Shown here: positions 12,493 through 26,072 of the stretch, one piece after another
Numbering within the stretch: the first letter of the stretch is position 1
Layout of the letters: each line of letters starts with the position of its first letter
NCBI GenBank assembly: GCA_012295275.1
Contig: CM022670.1
Location: 16,182,001-16,246,000 of the forward strand
Source: Chrysomallon squamiferum
Taxonomy: Eukaryota; Animalia; Mollusca
Reading direction: 5' to 3'
Length of the DNA stretch: 64,000 nt
Position numbers and translations under genes: made by a program
The notes under the pieces: generated by a model
Seen by the model: only the letters and a program-made list of their open reading frames with translations
Database searches by the model: none
Told to the model about the DNA's origin: nothing

Positions 12493-15400
12493 CTAAGTAA
12501 GAAGAAAAAACAAACATGTTAAAACTGAGTGTTACAAAATCTGTAAAGCATGGAATATAATAAAGAATATAGTGTTACATGATTATTAAAAAAAAAAAAA
12601 AAAAATTTATAAAGGAAATTTTATTTATTTTAGCAGTTTATTATGTAATGAATTTAAAAAGTTATTTTAAAAAGGTTTGAAAATATTGGCTTGAACAAAA
12701 TATTTCAAAGTGAAATCCAAAGACACTATTTAGATTTTTATACACAGATTTACCAAATATATATTATTTTGTTCACATTTCAGAATATGTATATATATTG
12801 TACATTTCAATCAGGTGTAAAACAAAATCATGTTCTCTTATACTATCTATAGAAAAACACTATGGACTTTGTTCCAACCCAGTGTAAAACTGTCTTATTA
12901 TTCTGCATTAAAACTGATATACATATTAACAATCACCGTTTACAAATGGTAGGATTGTCAGATGCTAGGTACAAAGAAAAAGAATACTGCTATAGAGATC
13001 TTGCTGAGTAAGATGATTTGGTCTGTTGGATTTTATTTTAGAATATGGCAGTAGTTATCTTGTTATCATTAAATGTGTCAAAGGTTACAGTAACAGTTAG
13101 AAAAAGAGATAATGTGGTTTTAATTAAATTTATAATCATAAACGTCTGTTTTTATAAGAGTAATCCTATGAAAGATCAACAGTAACAGTTCGGTATTTCT
13201 GTGAAGAAAATCAGATCGGTATGGGCTGTGAACTCAAAGAACAGTTCCCAATGTTATTTGTGAAGTTATTCAAGTATGTAAGACCCCCTACTTAGTGTAA
13301 TAACAGATCAATGGATTAACTACTGTAGGAAACCACACACATTTGTTGTGTTCAAACTATGATTTCCATATGTACATCCTACTTCATTATAGTATCAAAC
13401 ATGTTGTATGATACAAAACAAGTTGTTAATTAAAAAACAGTCTTGCATGTGGTCCAAAGCTATATTTATTAAACAATAGTTCTGATAAAGCTATATTTTC
13501 TTGCAATCTTAAACATATTCAGAATACATTTCACAGTAGAATGGCTGAGAATGAAAAAATGATTTAAGAAACCAATGTCCTGCAATTTAAGGTATTTTTT
13601 TGTTTACAGGTATTACTTAAAACTGATACCAGACTGAAAACTGGAATAAAAATTTTAATCAATTCTGAATGGCAATTATTAAAGTAAATAATCAGGAAAA
13701 ATACAAACAATACAAGCAGTTCTGAAACAATTACTTGTGAATATAAATACTTAAAACACAGGTTTACACACAGTCAGACACTCAGAGAGACATATAAACA
13801 TACTACCTTTCATGGTACTTATTATATCATGTAAATGAGGTTTTCCGTTTTGGGACATAGTGAAATTCAACCAGTATAATATCCTGAATGTAACATTCAC
13901 TGGTATTCCTAAATGACAAATTCAGATGAAATCCATCCTTGAACATGAAAGTTTTACTAAATTCAGATTAGTTGATATCAGAGAAAAACAGACACCAAAC
14001 TGAAGCCACCATGTTTTTACTCATGTTCTTATAAAACAGATGACTTGACAGTTCATGCTGCATTATTTTATTAAAAACATGTTGTTTCAAAGTTATCTAA
14101 TGACTGAAAATACCAAAATGTAAAATACTACTAGAGAAATGATGTCATTTTAGTCCTTTTTCATACATTATTTTAAAAAAAACACTTATTTTTCAAACAG
14201 CACTGTTTGTTTTCATAACAGAAACTTCCAAACAATGACAGCAATACTGCTTTAAAAGAGACATTTTATATAAACAGCATGTCCTTTCTCTTTCCTCACA
14301 GAAATAGTCTAGTTATATCAGCTTTCACCTGAAGCAAGTACTTATCCTAAGCCTGTCAGCACAGTGTATTTACAAGCAGGTACATAATGAAGCCTTTTTT
14401 ATGTTCACTATACAGCAAGGCATACGGTTACACACAAAAGGGTGGAATTCCTCCTGTGTATATTTTCAATGCTGTCAAAAGCTGTGAGTCTATCTTGACA
14501 CTATCCAGTATAAAAATTACCTTTGTGAAAACTATTTTGTATGCAGCTACTTCAGGTCATAAAACTGACAGTATTTAAGCTAACTGATACTTGATTTTAA
14601 AACTTATTTCAGTTAATAAACTTCATCACCTGCTGAATGTATTTGTGATTATTGGTTTTAATTGCCATTATCAGTACTTTGTTAATTCCATTATGTTAGA
14701 ACATATAGAAATCAAAACTGTGAAAGAAAAATAAATAGGACTAAATGTATTTCAGTAGAAAACTGCATCAAAATGAGATATAGCCACCAAACAGTAGATA
14801 GGAAACAGTTTACAAATTTTCTTTGTCTTCAAAGTATTAAGATTTTGTTTTGATTTCAGCCCTAGGAACTAATGAAATAACAACATACTTTACAATAATG
14901 CCATCACTTTTGTTTATAATATTAGATTTTGAGGATGAGAATCTTTCTGAAACAATGCATTAAATTAAAGCAAAAGTTTAAATACATGTGTAACTAAAAC
15001 ACCTGATCTACTCTTTGTGAAGATATTAATGCATATAAAGAATCAACTTGAACAGAGATGTGTATATACTTTTCATCAGACAGTTCATCATATGAAATAT
15101 TTGCTAGGATTGATCCTATATATATACATTGACATATCAAGTAAATATTTTGCAAGCAATGATCTTAAAACAATGACTATTATATATTGCTAACAAAAAA
15201 AAAGATAAACAGCAGTATTTGTAGGAATTTGACTAATTTTTCCCAATCCAAACAAATGTCTGACAGTGATTTTATCAAGGTTGTGGAATGTGTATGAATA
15301 ATCTTTTTTCAGTAGACTTCCCATTTGTTTGTTGTATTTTCCAATACAACAGCACTTAAACCCATTGAACAGTATATTTTGTTTTTATTATCATTGTGAA

Positions 15401-16023
15401 AAGACATTTCTACCTCACTGGTTATTATCTATAAGTTATTGTGAATTGTTATTTTAGGTGGATTCAGACATCTGACATCTTCTAAAATATTATTTTTGAG
15501 TATATTGTAAACCAATGTTGTGCTCTATTTGTCAAGTTTAAACCAATTTTTACACATGTCAAACACATATTACATATATTGAGATCCATTTGAATAACCA
15601 TGGTAGGTGCAGTTATTTTAAAATGACTTGAAAATAACTAAATTGTTCAATATATTCTGCAAATCCTTACATATTTTGAACTACAACAATGTCAGACTGT
15701 TTTAAGTAACAATTAAATCGTGAAGGTGAAATAAATATTAAGGAAAAAAAAAAAATAATAAAAAAAAAAATTTGTTAGTTGAAGGTTTTGCAGTTAAGTT
15801 TTAAAAATGTTTTTAAGAATTCATTCAGATTTTAAAATCAGAAATATTAAATGTATTAAATGTAAACCAGATATGTTAAAATGATGTAACTGGTAATAGA
15901 ACATGCACCATTATCTGATGGATGCTGAGGAATGTTGTACAATCTGATACCACACAGAAAGAATATAAATAATAAGCTGCATGGTAATATCTGGGTTATG
16001 ATTTAGTTAAAACTTTCACTTGC

Positions 16024-16129
16024 CTTCCATTTGGTGGTCATGTTTTGTGCGCAGAGATTCAATTTCCTCCAGGTGAGACAGCCGCATTATATCAAGTGCC
16101 CTCTGGTGGTCAGCTCGTGTATCTGATAT
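16024..16129 (-). CDS. Gene 1 exon 14 (ISDTRADHQRALDIMRLSHLEEIESLRTKHDHQME), GC donor
   Basis: ttgacag| acceptor and non-canonical AAG|gcaagt donor; 106 nt, phase 0 to 1, joining exon 15 in frame. Confidence 0.85.
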
Positions 16130-16450
16130 CTGTCAACATAACCATGAAAAAAAAAAAAAAAAATAATAATAATAATAAATAAATAAATTAAGAAAATCAT
16201 CAGAGTGTCTTATAGTCATACAAGTGCATACAGACCCATAAAAATCAGACATTTCATCTGATGCCAGGAGTTTTCAGTTTAGAGGGCTTATTACACACAC
16301 TCACACTCACATGCACACACACATCATCTGGTACGAAGTATTATTATTTCTTTTTTAAATTGGTAGAGAAAAGCTTATAAATGAACAAAAACCAGATCAG
16401 TTTTACACATGCACACTATCTGTATTTTAACTACTGTGTTGTCTACTCAC

Positions 16451-16506
16451 ATTTTCACTGTGGCATTCTTTGATGGTTGCAACAACTTGTTCATGGTGTA
16501 ATTGCA
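16451..16506 (-). CDS. Gene 1 exon 13 (MQLHHEQVVATIKECHSEN)
   Basis: catttcag| acceptor and |gtgagt donor; 56 nt, phase 1 to 0; required to reconcile the phases of the flanking exons. Confidence 0.85.
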
Positions 16507-16664
16507 CTGAAATGACAAACATATCTTGTACTTTAACTGCTGTGAAATTAAATTTGAATCACAAATCAAAAACTGCTTTATATTAAGATGAATTTTAAAA
16601 TAGAAAGAGACAAAATAAATGAAAGTTATTTTCAAACTTAATCACAAAGACACTAGGACACTGT

Positions 16665-17003
16665 TCTTGTGATTGGACTTCTAATGGAATTTTTGCCTCA
16701 CTTGTATTAGGATTCTCTTTTTTCTGGACTTATGACCGGATTTGTATCTGGAATTTTGTCTGGATTTATGACTAGATTTGCCACTGGACTTGTAATGGTA
16801 TTTTGACTGGATTTGTGATTGAACTTGTAAAGGTATTTTTGACTGGATTTGTGATTGAACTTGTAATGGTATTTTGACTGGATTTGTGATTGAACTTGTA
16901 AAGGTATTTTGACTGGATTTGTGATTGGACTTGTAAAGGTATTTTGACTGGATTTGTGATTGGACTTGTAAAGGTATTTTTTACTGGATTTGTGACTAGA
17001 TCT
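16665..17003. repeat. Intronic minisatellite, 35-36 bp unit built from 12-bp subunits
   Basis: ttttgactggatttgtgattg(a/g)acttgtaa(a/t)ggta occurs about 6 times near-perfectly (16790-17000), flanked by degenerate ctggatttgtga-like 12-mers. Confidence 0.93.
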
Positions 17004-17624
17004 GCACACAAGGTAAATCTCTCTGACCTTATAAACTCATCAAACAAAGCACAGTTCTTGTGTCTGAATCAATATCTCAGGTCTGTTTAAGTATTGTTTT
17101 TATCTTTGATATGATTCATACCATTTTGTGGATAAATCTAAAGTTAATAAAACATTTTATAAATTTTACACTATTGAATGTATATTATATTTTAACACAG
17201 GTTTAAGAAAATCATTATTACTCAAATGCAATATTAATTGAAAGAAATAGCTTGTCATGCTTGAATGAATGTTAAAAAAACAGTTATGTATTTTTTTGCG
17301 TAAATAAGAGGACTCTTGTTTTAGCTAAAATTAGAGAAGCACAAGTTAATTCTTTAATAATCTTGTTTAAACTTAAAAATAATAATCTGTTTGTTGTAAT
17401 AGCAAGTAATAAGGAATGTCGATGATGAAGAAATGTGAACAGCAAAAATTTTTCACAGCCTGAGCTGTCACACTGAAATCAATCAATGTAAAACGGTTTT
17501 AAGAAAAGAAATTGTAAAAATGTCTTAATGAAAGGTTAAAATTAAAATTATTTATTTAATGTTTTATAACAAATATCACCATCAGTTTTTGCTGTCACTC
17601 ATAACTTATTTTTTATCTATCAAT

Positions 17625-17800
17625 GATTTAAAGCTAAAATTCATTTCTCTGATCAGTACCACTTATGTCAGAAATGTGAAATTACACTAAGTTTGAACTA
17701 TAGTAGTTTAAAGTTAAAAATCACTTCTCTGATTGACACTACTAATGTTAGAATTACACTAGTTTAAAGCTAAAATTCATGACTCTGACTGACACTGGTA
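17625..17800. repeat. Degenerate 3-copy local repeat (aag.taaaa.tca...tct.ga)
   Basis: tttaaagctaaaattcatttctctgat at ~17628, tttaaagttaaaaatcacttctctgat at ~17707 and tttaaagctaaaattcatgactctgact at ~17763. Confidence 0.7.
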
Positions 17801-17845
17801 ATCTGTGTAATTATCAAACCAGTTTAGAGCTGACAGCAGACTTAC

Positions 17846-17971
17846 TTTGTCTGATGGACTCGCAGTGCTGCTGTTCCAGAGACTGTTTCTGAGTCTTGAG
17901 TTCATCTTCGTGCTGCTCTTTCAGCTCACAGATCACCTTCTCCAGCTTCTCCTGCTGCTGCTTCAGTTCAT
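17846..17971 (-). CDS. Gene 1 exon 12 (DELKQQQEKLEKVICELKEQHEDELKTQKQSLEQQHCESIRQ)
   Basis: ttacag| acceptor and A|gtaagt donor; 126 nt, phase 1 to 1; coiled-coil heptads. Confidence 0.92.
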
Positions 17972-18141
17972 CTGTAACAAATTGGAACCAAATCACTGAC
18001 ACTGTTGTGTGACACTCAGTGACATTAGCAGTGTCAGAATCTCATTGTACTTTTTTCTTTTTTTTTTTTTTTTTTTTTTAAAGTTATGTTCCAATTAATT
18101 TGAATGCATTGATAACATAATTTTAAAATAAACATTATGGG

Positions 18142-18181
<40 letters not shown>

Positions 18182-18259
18182 TATAATTATTATTATTATT
18201 ATTATTATTTTAAATAAAACTATAAATGGATCAAACCGAAATTTGCTAATGAATCTTAC

Positions 18260-18341
18260 CACAATCAGATTTGACATCAGTCAGTTCCTTTTCAACTTTC
18301 TTCAACTTCTCTGACAAAGCTGGACAGGAAAACGCATCGAG
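18260..18341 (-). CDS. Gene 1 exon 11 (LDAFSCPALSEKLKKVEKELTDVKSDC)
   Basis: tttttctag| acceptor and G|gtaaga donor; 82 nt, phase 0 to 1. Confidence 0.9.
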
Positions 18342-18611
18342 CTAGAAAAATAAAAAACACAAAATACTGAAAGATTTTGTAAAAGAAATATTCAGCAACT
18401 ATGAAAACAATAAACTCATAAATAAATATGCGTTCAGTCTGCAGTCTTAGACTGATATTATCTTGTAATACAGTTTTATATAATTTCAAATAATATTCAG
18501 TATTAATAATTCATTGTTTATAATATTAAAAATAAACTTATTTATATGTCTAATTTCAAATACTGTTCTGTGTTAATAGTTCGTTGTCTATAACACTAAA
18601 AACAAACTCAC

Positions 18612-18835
18612 TTGTTCAGTCAGGTATCTGACCAGACAGCTCATGGCGTCGAAAGCCTGTGTGTTTGACTTGAGCTGCATCTTGATGTAGTTGAGTTCCT
18701 TAGTGCGGGACTCACACAGGGTCTCCAGTCGGGAGATTTCGGACACATTCGGCTGCAAGGAATTGGAGACGAGGTCCGGCTGATGAGACGACTTTAAGTA
18801 GCTGCTTTTGGTGGTTTTAGTGGGCTGGCTTCGAT
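18612..18835 (-). CDS. Gene 1 exon 10 (start of coiled coil: ...EISRLETLCESRTKELNYIKMQLKSNTQAFDAMSCLVRYLTEQ)
   Basis: attccag| acceptor and CAA|gtgagt donor; 224 nt, phase 1 to 0; FDAM..LV.YL resembles the recalled MTUS FEALtvviQhL segment. Confidence 0.92.
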
Positions 18836-20969
18836 CTGGAATGTACAAGTGAATTGAGTATTTATATTTCATTATTTAAGTGTGAAACACTCAATGTGAA
18901 AAACACAGATAGGCACAGTTACTGTTTTAGCTTGACAGTGTTTAGTTGACAGATTGCATTTAAGAAAGGAACAATGAAAATGTAGGACTGTACACTAAGA
19001 TCTTTTAATTTTTGATTGTTAATGTTTATTTCTGCTGCATTTTTAACTGGGTATATTTTTAAACACTTTGCTGTTCCTTATTTAGAATGTTGTGTGTTGC
19101 CATAACCACAGACAATGCATAACATGCATACACAGATCACATAATACAAAACAAAAACATACACCACACACACATTCTCATACAAATAACACAAAACACA
19201 CACTCACATCCACACGCTATCATACATACAACAACAAAAATAATAATGAAAAATGAAAAACTAAAATAAAAAATAATATATTAACATTATAAAAATATAA
19301 AAATTTAATAATAATTTCCAAAAAATATAATGAAAAGATGAAAATCCAAATAGAAAAATGACATATCTAAAAGAAATGGTTGCATTAAGCTAATAAAAAA
19401 AAAAAAAAAAAAATAAAGGCATGAAACAAACAAAGCATGCTCAAATGCCAACATACAGAAATTGAAAATAAACAAAACTCAAAATCTTTACAAGATTTCT
19501 AGTCATAAAAATACTTGTCAGTCAGTTAAATACAAATAACATGTGTTTATCAAAGATTAACTTAATACTTTATTATGTTTTTTTTTTATTTTAATTTTTT
19601 TTTTTTATCAGTTTTAATTTGTTATTGCATTGTGGGTTGTTTTTTTTTTATGGGTTTTTTAAATAATAATAATTAAAAAAAGAAGAAGAAGAAGAAAGAT
19701 ATTAATGAAATTAAATTAATGCTCATTACGGGGAATGAGATCACAGTGGCAAAGAACCAGGAATCTCACACTAATTTACATTCAGTGAAGTGAAAAATGT
19801 GTTCCTCATTAAGATATCCCAGCAGTACTTTCTAACACTGGAAAACAGGCTGTAGCTCAGTGGTTAGAGTGGACAACTTAGGTATGCAAACTACATACTG
19901 TTTTTAAAACTGTTGTATAAAAACCTTAGTAAAATCATAATACAACTGCCAAGGAGCAGTGACCAGATTGGTAAATAAGTCAGTAAGTTTGCCAACAAGA
20001 ACTGATCCTTCAGCTGTTATAAAGTCTACCAGAAAATGTCTCCCTAGGTTATATGTGTTTGAACCAAAAAAACCTAAAACTTTTTACTGCTTACAGAAAT
20101 AACTGTACATTTTCCTGCACATACATCTAACTGTCTGTCTGTTTAATTTAATGATAATGTTTCAAGTTGATGCTCAGCACCTTCGAGTGTCTCAATTAAG
20201 CAGGAAAAGGCCACAAGTCTGGCTGTTTACACAGGCAATGATTTGCTAACAGAGTCGGTCTGCAAGCCACTTTACACATTATGCTGTTAAGTAAATCTCC
20301 AGTTGATTTGTTTGATGGTCACTAACCAACTTTTACTTCATGTCCACAAACAACTTTCATTCCTGAAATACTCTGGGATGTGTTTTTTTTTTTTCAAAGA
20401 AATCCTAAAATACTTAGTGAAACACTGTATGTATTTCTTTCTTTATTTTTTCTTTTTGTTGTTTGTTTTTTTTTTTTTTTTTTCTTCTGTGAAAGAAATA
20501 TTAAAAATTTAGAAAACATTTATAGAACATAATTATTTGTGAATTATTATTAATAACTGTCATATATCCCTGTTTATGGGACACAAGGTACAAAATAAAG
20601 TTTAGTACTTGACAGGTTTAGAAATTCTTTCGTAATCTCTAGGATATTATTCCGATGCTCGTTAATGATAAACATTCCTTTTTTCGGTGGAGTCTAATAC
20701 TGCCTTTGTCTGTGAAAAACAGATTACTTGATTAGATACTCCACACTGCATGAAATCACAAACACAGCATTGTGAAGGAGCTTTGTAAATCAAAAATGAT
20801 GGTATACTTAAAATAACTTCGTTTTATCAACAGCACTTATCTTCCCCTCCCAAACAGAATGATAGAAACAAAAAGCAACAAACTGGCATTACTGTACTCA
20901 AAATAATAATTATTACTACTTTGGATGTCACCAGGGAATATAGGTTATCTAGTAAACAGACAGACGTGA

Positions 20970-21010
20970 AGACACACACACATACACAGACACATATATA
21001 TATATATATA

Positions 21011-21056
<46 letters not shown>

Positions 21057-21110
21057 ACATATATGTACATATACACACACAATATACCTGTGTGTATGTG
21101 TATGTATGTG

Positions 21111-21141
<31 letters not shown>

Positions 21142-21160
21142 CCACCCTCCCACACACACT
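20970..21160. repeat. Compound (CA)n/(TA)n/(TG)n microsatellite
   Basis: Directly visible dinucleotide runs; source of the spurious CVCV/HTHT ORFs. Confidence 0.95.
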
Positions 21161-23787
21161 CACTTACTCACTTCACAATTTCCACATACTAAAATTATTA
21201 AAAGAATAAAAGTAAAAATAAAATAAAAGTTAAAAAATCAGATCATTAACCAACTGATTAAAATGTCAAATTTGAACTGGCCCAAAAAATCTGTACCAAG
21301 ATATCTTAACTTCTACCATTTATCATTGGTGTCCTTGAGAGCATTGTTATTCATGTCTGTCACCTGCTACTGGGCTGTAATAATAATCTTACAAACAGTA
21401 TCAACAACCAGACCTGGTGTTGCCATGACATCAGCACAGCTATCATCAACCAATGTTACCAGACACGCTTTATTTCTTTACTACAGCAATGAAAGATCAC
21501 ATAATAATAACAAATAAGACAACAACTGGATAAAAGTGAACAGAAATTAAAGCTGAATATATATATATATATATTTCAGTTTGAATACAACCTGCAGCAG
21601 TAATCAAACAGAAACTGAATACATTTTTAAATTATTTCTAATCATTGTATATAAATGTCACACATATTATTTTTAACATATCCTGTGACAATGTAAAAAT
21701 TTTCCCATCCCAAAAACACAGTTAACATTTCAGTGTTTTAAATGAGTCTTTATTAGACTAAAATAAGTGTTAAAAAAAAAGAAAAAAAAAAGAATTAAGA
21801 ACGTTAGAGGCATTTGAAGTATGGATGCACTGAGAAAGGTAAAGATGTAGTTGTTGTTGAAAGTAACACGATTGTTTTGTGTTTACTGTCAGCACTTACA
21901 TCTACTATACTTGGCAGCCTGTCAGCTCTTGTATACAACTTACAGGTTTTGGTGCATTTCCTTCCATTGCAACTCAGAGTTGTTGTTTAACCAGTCACCT
22001 GTTTTACAACACATTAACAGTCAGCACAGTTCAGCTATTGACATTTTATAAAATAATACTGCTCATCACAAATAGCACTCTGTTTTAATATTTCAGTTTT
22101 CAACAGTTGTTTTATTGTTGCAGATTTTCGTGTTTTAGCCATTTCATTGCAGAATGAATAAATATCAAAGATTAATGTATGAAGCCCTTCTTGTACATTT
22201 TAATGGCAATAAAGTCAAGTTTAAATGAAAATGAATAGAAAATAGATTGACTGTAATGAGAAGTATAAAATAATTCTCTGTGATATAAAAATTCTTTCAT
22301 TTACCTAGATCTGTATGAAAGAGAACAGTAAGAAAAAATAAACTGTTTGGGTTTTTTGTGCGTTTTTTTAATATCTGTAAAAATATACCAATTATTCAAA
22401 TAAAAAGTGTATTATACAAATTGATTTTTAATAATTATTGCTCAGTTAGTGAAATAAAAATGTTGATTTTGATATTGTTCATTTTCTGTCACTGAATGAA
22501 AATATTGTAGCAATTAAAACAAACAATACCATAGGGTGAACACTGGTAATGAAGAAAATCATTTTATCAAATACATCTTTGAATAACAACATTAATTTGA
22601 AAATGTTCAAAGGTGACCTCAGAGAGTATACTTAATATTAAACAACTTTACTGAGGGATTTTTTTATGTGAACTTATTATTTATTTATTTTTCTGTACTG
22701 TCCTCTACCTCAAAAACACCTGTGATGGGATATGTGGAAATGTTGTCATGGTTGAATGAATTCCAGAACACAATAGACAGGATTTGGTTTTCATGCTAGA
22801 GTACACCACTGTACTAATATTCTAAAAACAACTTTAACACTGTTACCTACATTCTCTGACGAAGATAAAACACTACCTGTATTTTCTGAAGAAGATAAAA
22901 TAAAATATTTTGTGACTGATATTCAAAACAACCAATACCAAACATGTTCAGTAGCTATTTAAGACCAGAAAATGCATTTTATTAATTGAACAAAATGGCA
23001 AGAACTATTTTCTTTAAATACACCCACATGTATGTGACTGGTTAAATAAAACCAGTAATCATTTACTTGTTCCAAAGTGTCAGTTTAATTATCTCAAACT
23101 GTTTAGAAAATACCATATGGAACATCATGAGAAGGAAGAAAAAAAAGGAGTTATTTAACACTGAGTCAGTTAATAAACTTGAAACCAGCATGACATACCA
23201 CTATTAAAAAGCAGTTAAATTTTTCCTGCCAAACAAAAAACTAATACACTGGAGTTGCTATTGACACTGAAAATGAGGTCAAAAGATTGTTTATTATTAC
23301 TGGGTGTGAAATGACTTCTTTTTTTCTCTTTCTTGGTAACAAATCTTTATGGAATGTTTACACAAAAAGAATAAAACCTAACAACCTGCAAACAAAATAA
23401 AGTTAACATAACACTGATATAAATAAGAGTTTCTTTATAAACTATTTATACCTAAGATTTTAATAAATAACTAATTCATAAAACCACAAAAAAAAAAAAA
23501 TAAACAAAAAGTTGAACTTTATCGTTTATGAATGTAAGTAAGCCTGTTTATGCACAGACATTTACAAGGGTGATTATCTGATGGTATCTGTAAACAAGAA
23601 TCATGCTCACCAGCTTTAACAACCGCATACTCCTTTCTGTTGTTTGCAGGCAAAGCTGATGGTTGTGTGTTTCGGAAAAGTAAATCCATAAAAGGAAAAA
23701 TAAATCTGGTCTGCTGCATGCTCTTGAAGAAGTCCCCCATTGCAGGTAACAACACCAACAGCGTGATAAAACAACAAGGTGGACACT

Positions 23788-23990
23788 GCACTACATTAAT
23801 CCATCCACCAACTAGATGACAACACTATATTAATCCAACCATCAACTAGATGGATGCAGAACTACATTAATCCAATCACCAACTAGGTGGATACAACACT
23901 ATGTTAATCCAACCACCAACTAGATAGATACAACACTATGTTAATCCAACAATCAACTAAGTGGATGCAGAACTAGATTAATCCAAACAC
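23788..23990. repeat. Minisatellite, ~36-41 bp unit, ~5-6 copies
   Basis: The unit acta(c/t)..taatccaacca(c/t)caactagatggat(a/g)ca repeats in tandem. Confidence 0.88.
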
Positions 23991-26034
23991 CCGACTTGTC
24001 CCACCTCTTACAAAGACTCAAGCACTGAATGTGTCTTGTCAGTGACATGTCACCTCATTGGGTACTCTTAGTCTATTCAGTGCTTCACCCTTGAGAAAAC
24101 CAGTAGTAAATCATCAAATGTGTTTATGCAGAGAGAACTGTTTGCACAGGCAATGAAAGAATGAATATGATCAAATCACTTAGACTCAATGTTGATTGTC
24201 CTGTTTGTTGAACTTGACAGAAACTGTTATTTAAAAATACTGTGACTGCATGGTCAACAGGTGCAATAAGGGGGGGGAGGATAGAAAAGCCATAAACACA
24301 CACACACACAATAATTTGGTAAATCAGTGTATTTAATTTTATTCTTTTTACCTTTCATTCCCTATTTTTCCTATGCAAAATGAAAATATTTTTTTTTTTT
24401 TTTTTTTTTTAAACTTTGTACATATTGACATGTATAGGTGTAGTGCAGTATAATAAAAAAAAAACCACATACATGTACTTCGACTGTATTTAGTTCTCTG
24501 ACTAGCATCTACATGATCATCAAACACAACTGTAACTAGATAATGTTTTATTTTGCACCCATTCCCTAAAAAATTAAAGAAACACTAAAACATTTTTCAA
24601 ATGTTACCATAAATTTTTTTTTTTTATCCTATATCATCTGAACCCAATGTAACAGCATCATTTTGCTGGGTCACAAAGAGCTAAGAAGTTGTGCATCAGT
24701 GAAAGACAGCCACCAAGTACACTGAAGCCACACTTATGAATTAAACTTCATCATCAGTGCAGTCAAAGATCTTTAATGGAATTTGTTCATAACTGAACAA
24801 CTCTCTTTATATTTATAAATATCACAGCTGGAATACATTTTCTGATACACTGCCATTAATGTTAAAATGGCTGCAAGACTTTTTTATAATAATTACAGAG
24901 CAATTTGGATTAGATTGCTACAAATCAAGAAAATAATGTTTCAAACACACAGTGGCAGTACAGCAGACATCACAGTGTTCTGTGTGCCACTTTAAGTCGG
25001 ACTGGGCTTTTATTATCATGGTCAAGGTATTTAAAACAGGGTATGTCATATGTCTGAATCATTTAAACTAAATTTGTTAAGCAAATATTTTTTGTTTTAG
25101 TTGTTGTCATATTTGAAATAATTACAAATGTCAAAAATTATTGACCTTCTTGAAAATTATGCATTCAGCCAGTTAATTTCTCAACAAGTCAAACAGCTGT
25201 AAATAACTGCAGGGCTGACTTGATGATATACGTTATTATGAGGTATTCTAATAAGAGGCATTTGACAACATGGCTTTGACAGAATAATGGTTTTTGTTCT
25301 GAGATTTATAAATCTATAAACCATTATATAATAAAAATGGAAGGTTTAAGCAAGAGAGATAATTTTAAAAATAAAATAAATATTCAAACCAATTAGTATC
25401 AAAAAAAGAATAGCACAACAGACTGACAGTATTGCTGCTTAATATCAGAAATCTAATTTGACTGACCTCTTAAAGAAAATCTGGAGTGAACTCAAAATAG
25501 CTGACTGTTAATAGCTATTTCTATGAATCTTCTGTTATTGAAAACAGATGTGTGTAATAGAATAAAGTGAATGAAACAAATATCAAAGAGATTTTGTCTC
25601 CTTTAGAAAAAAAAAAATTCAGATGATTATATCTTGTTATCAGATAATGTAAACATATTTCTTAGAAATATTTCTACTTAATTTTCATTTTTTTTTTTTT
25701 TAATTTGAAATTTTATATTAACAATTTTACTATCATGATGACAACAGACAAACTTTTAAAAGCAGTAATTTATGTTAAAATATATTATATTAGAAAGTAA
25801 ACTGCACATAATCAATATTTTTTGTTGTTGTTGTTATAAATATTTTTTATAAGAAAGAAAACTGCACATGCTGAAGAAAGGTGTGTGTGAAGAAAGGTGT
25901 GTGAAGAAAGAATTATTCTAAACATTCTGTTGTGAAATCATTTTAAAAAAAAAAACGTATTTAATTATATTATATCATACAGCAAACATTTTTATTAACA
26001 GTTTTCTAGTTGTGAATGTGTGGAATACTGACAC

Positions 26035-26072
<38 letters not shown>

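Noticed and set aside
16707-17047. Repetitive ORFs (TNPVKNTFTSPI...)
   Set aside because: Products of the 35/36-bp minisatellite with frame-shifting unit lengths; no usable splice sites and not needed for phase continuity.
19848-19872. tRNA-like A-box ggctgtagctcagtggttagag
   Set aside because: No anticodon arm, T-loop/B-box (GTTCRA) or acceptor stem follows; at most a SINE-head remnant.
20827-21226. CVCV/HTHT ORFs (also 34919-35334, 44793-45032 and 47703-48234)
   Set aside because: Translations of (CA)/(TG) microsatellites.
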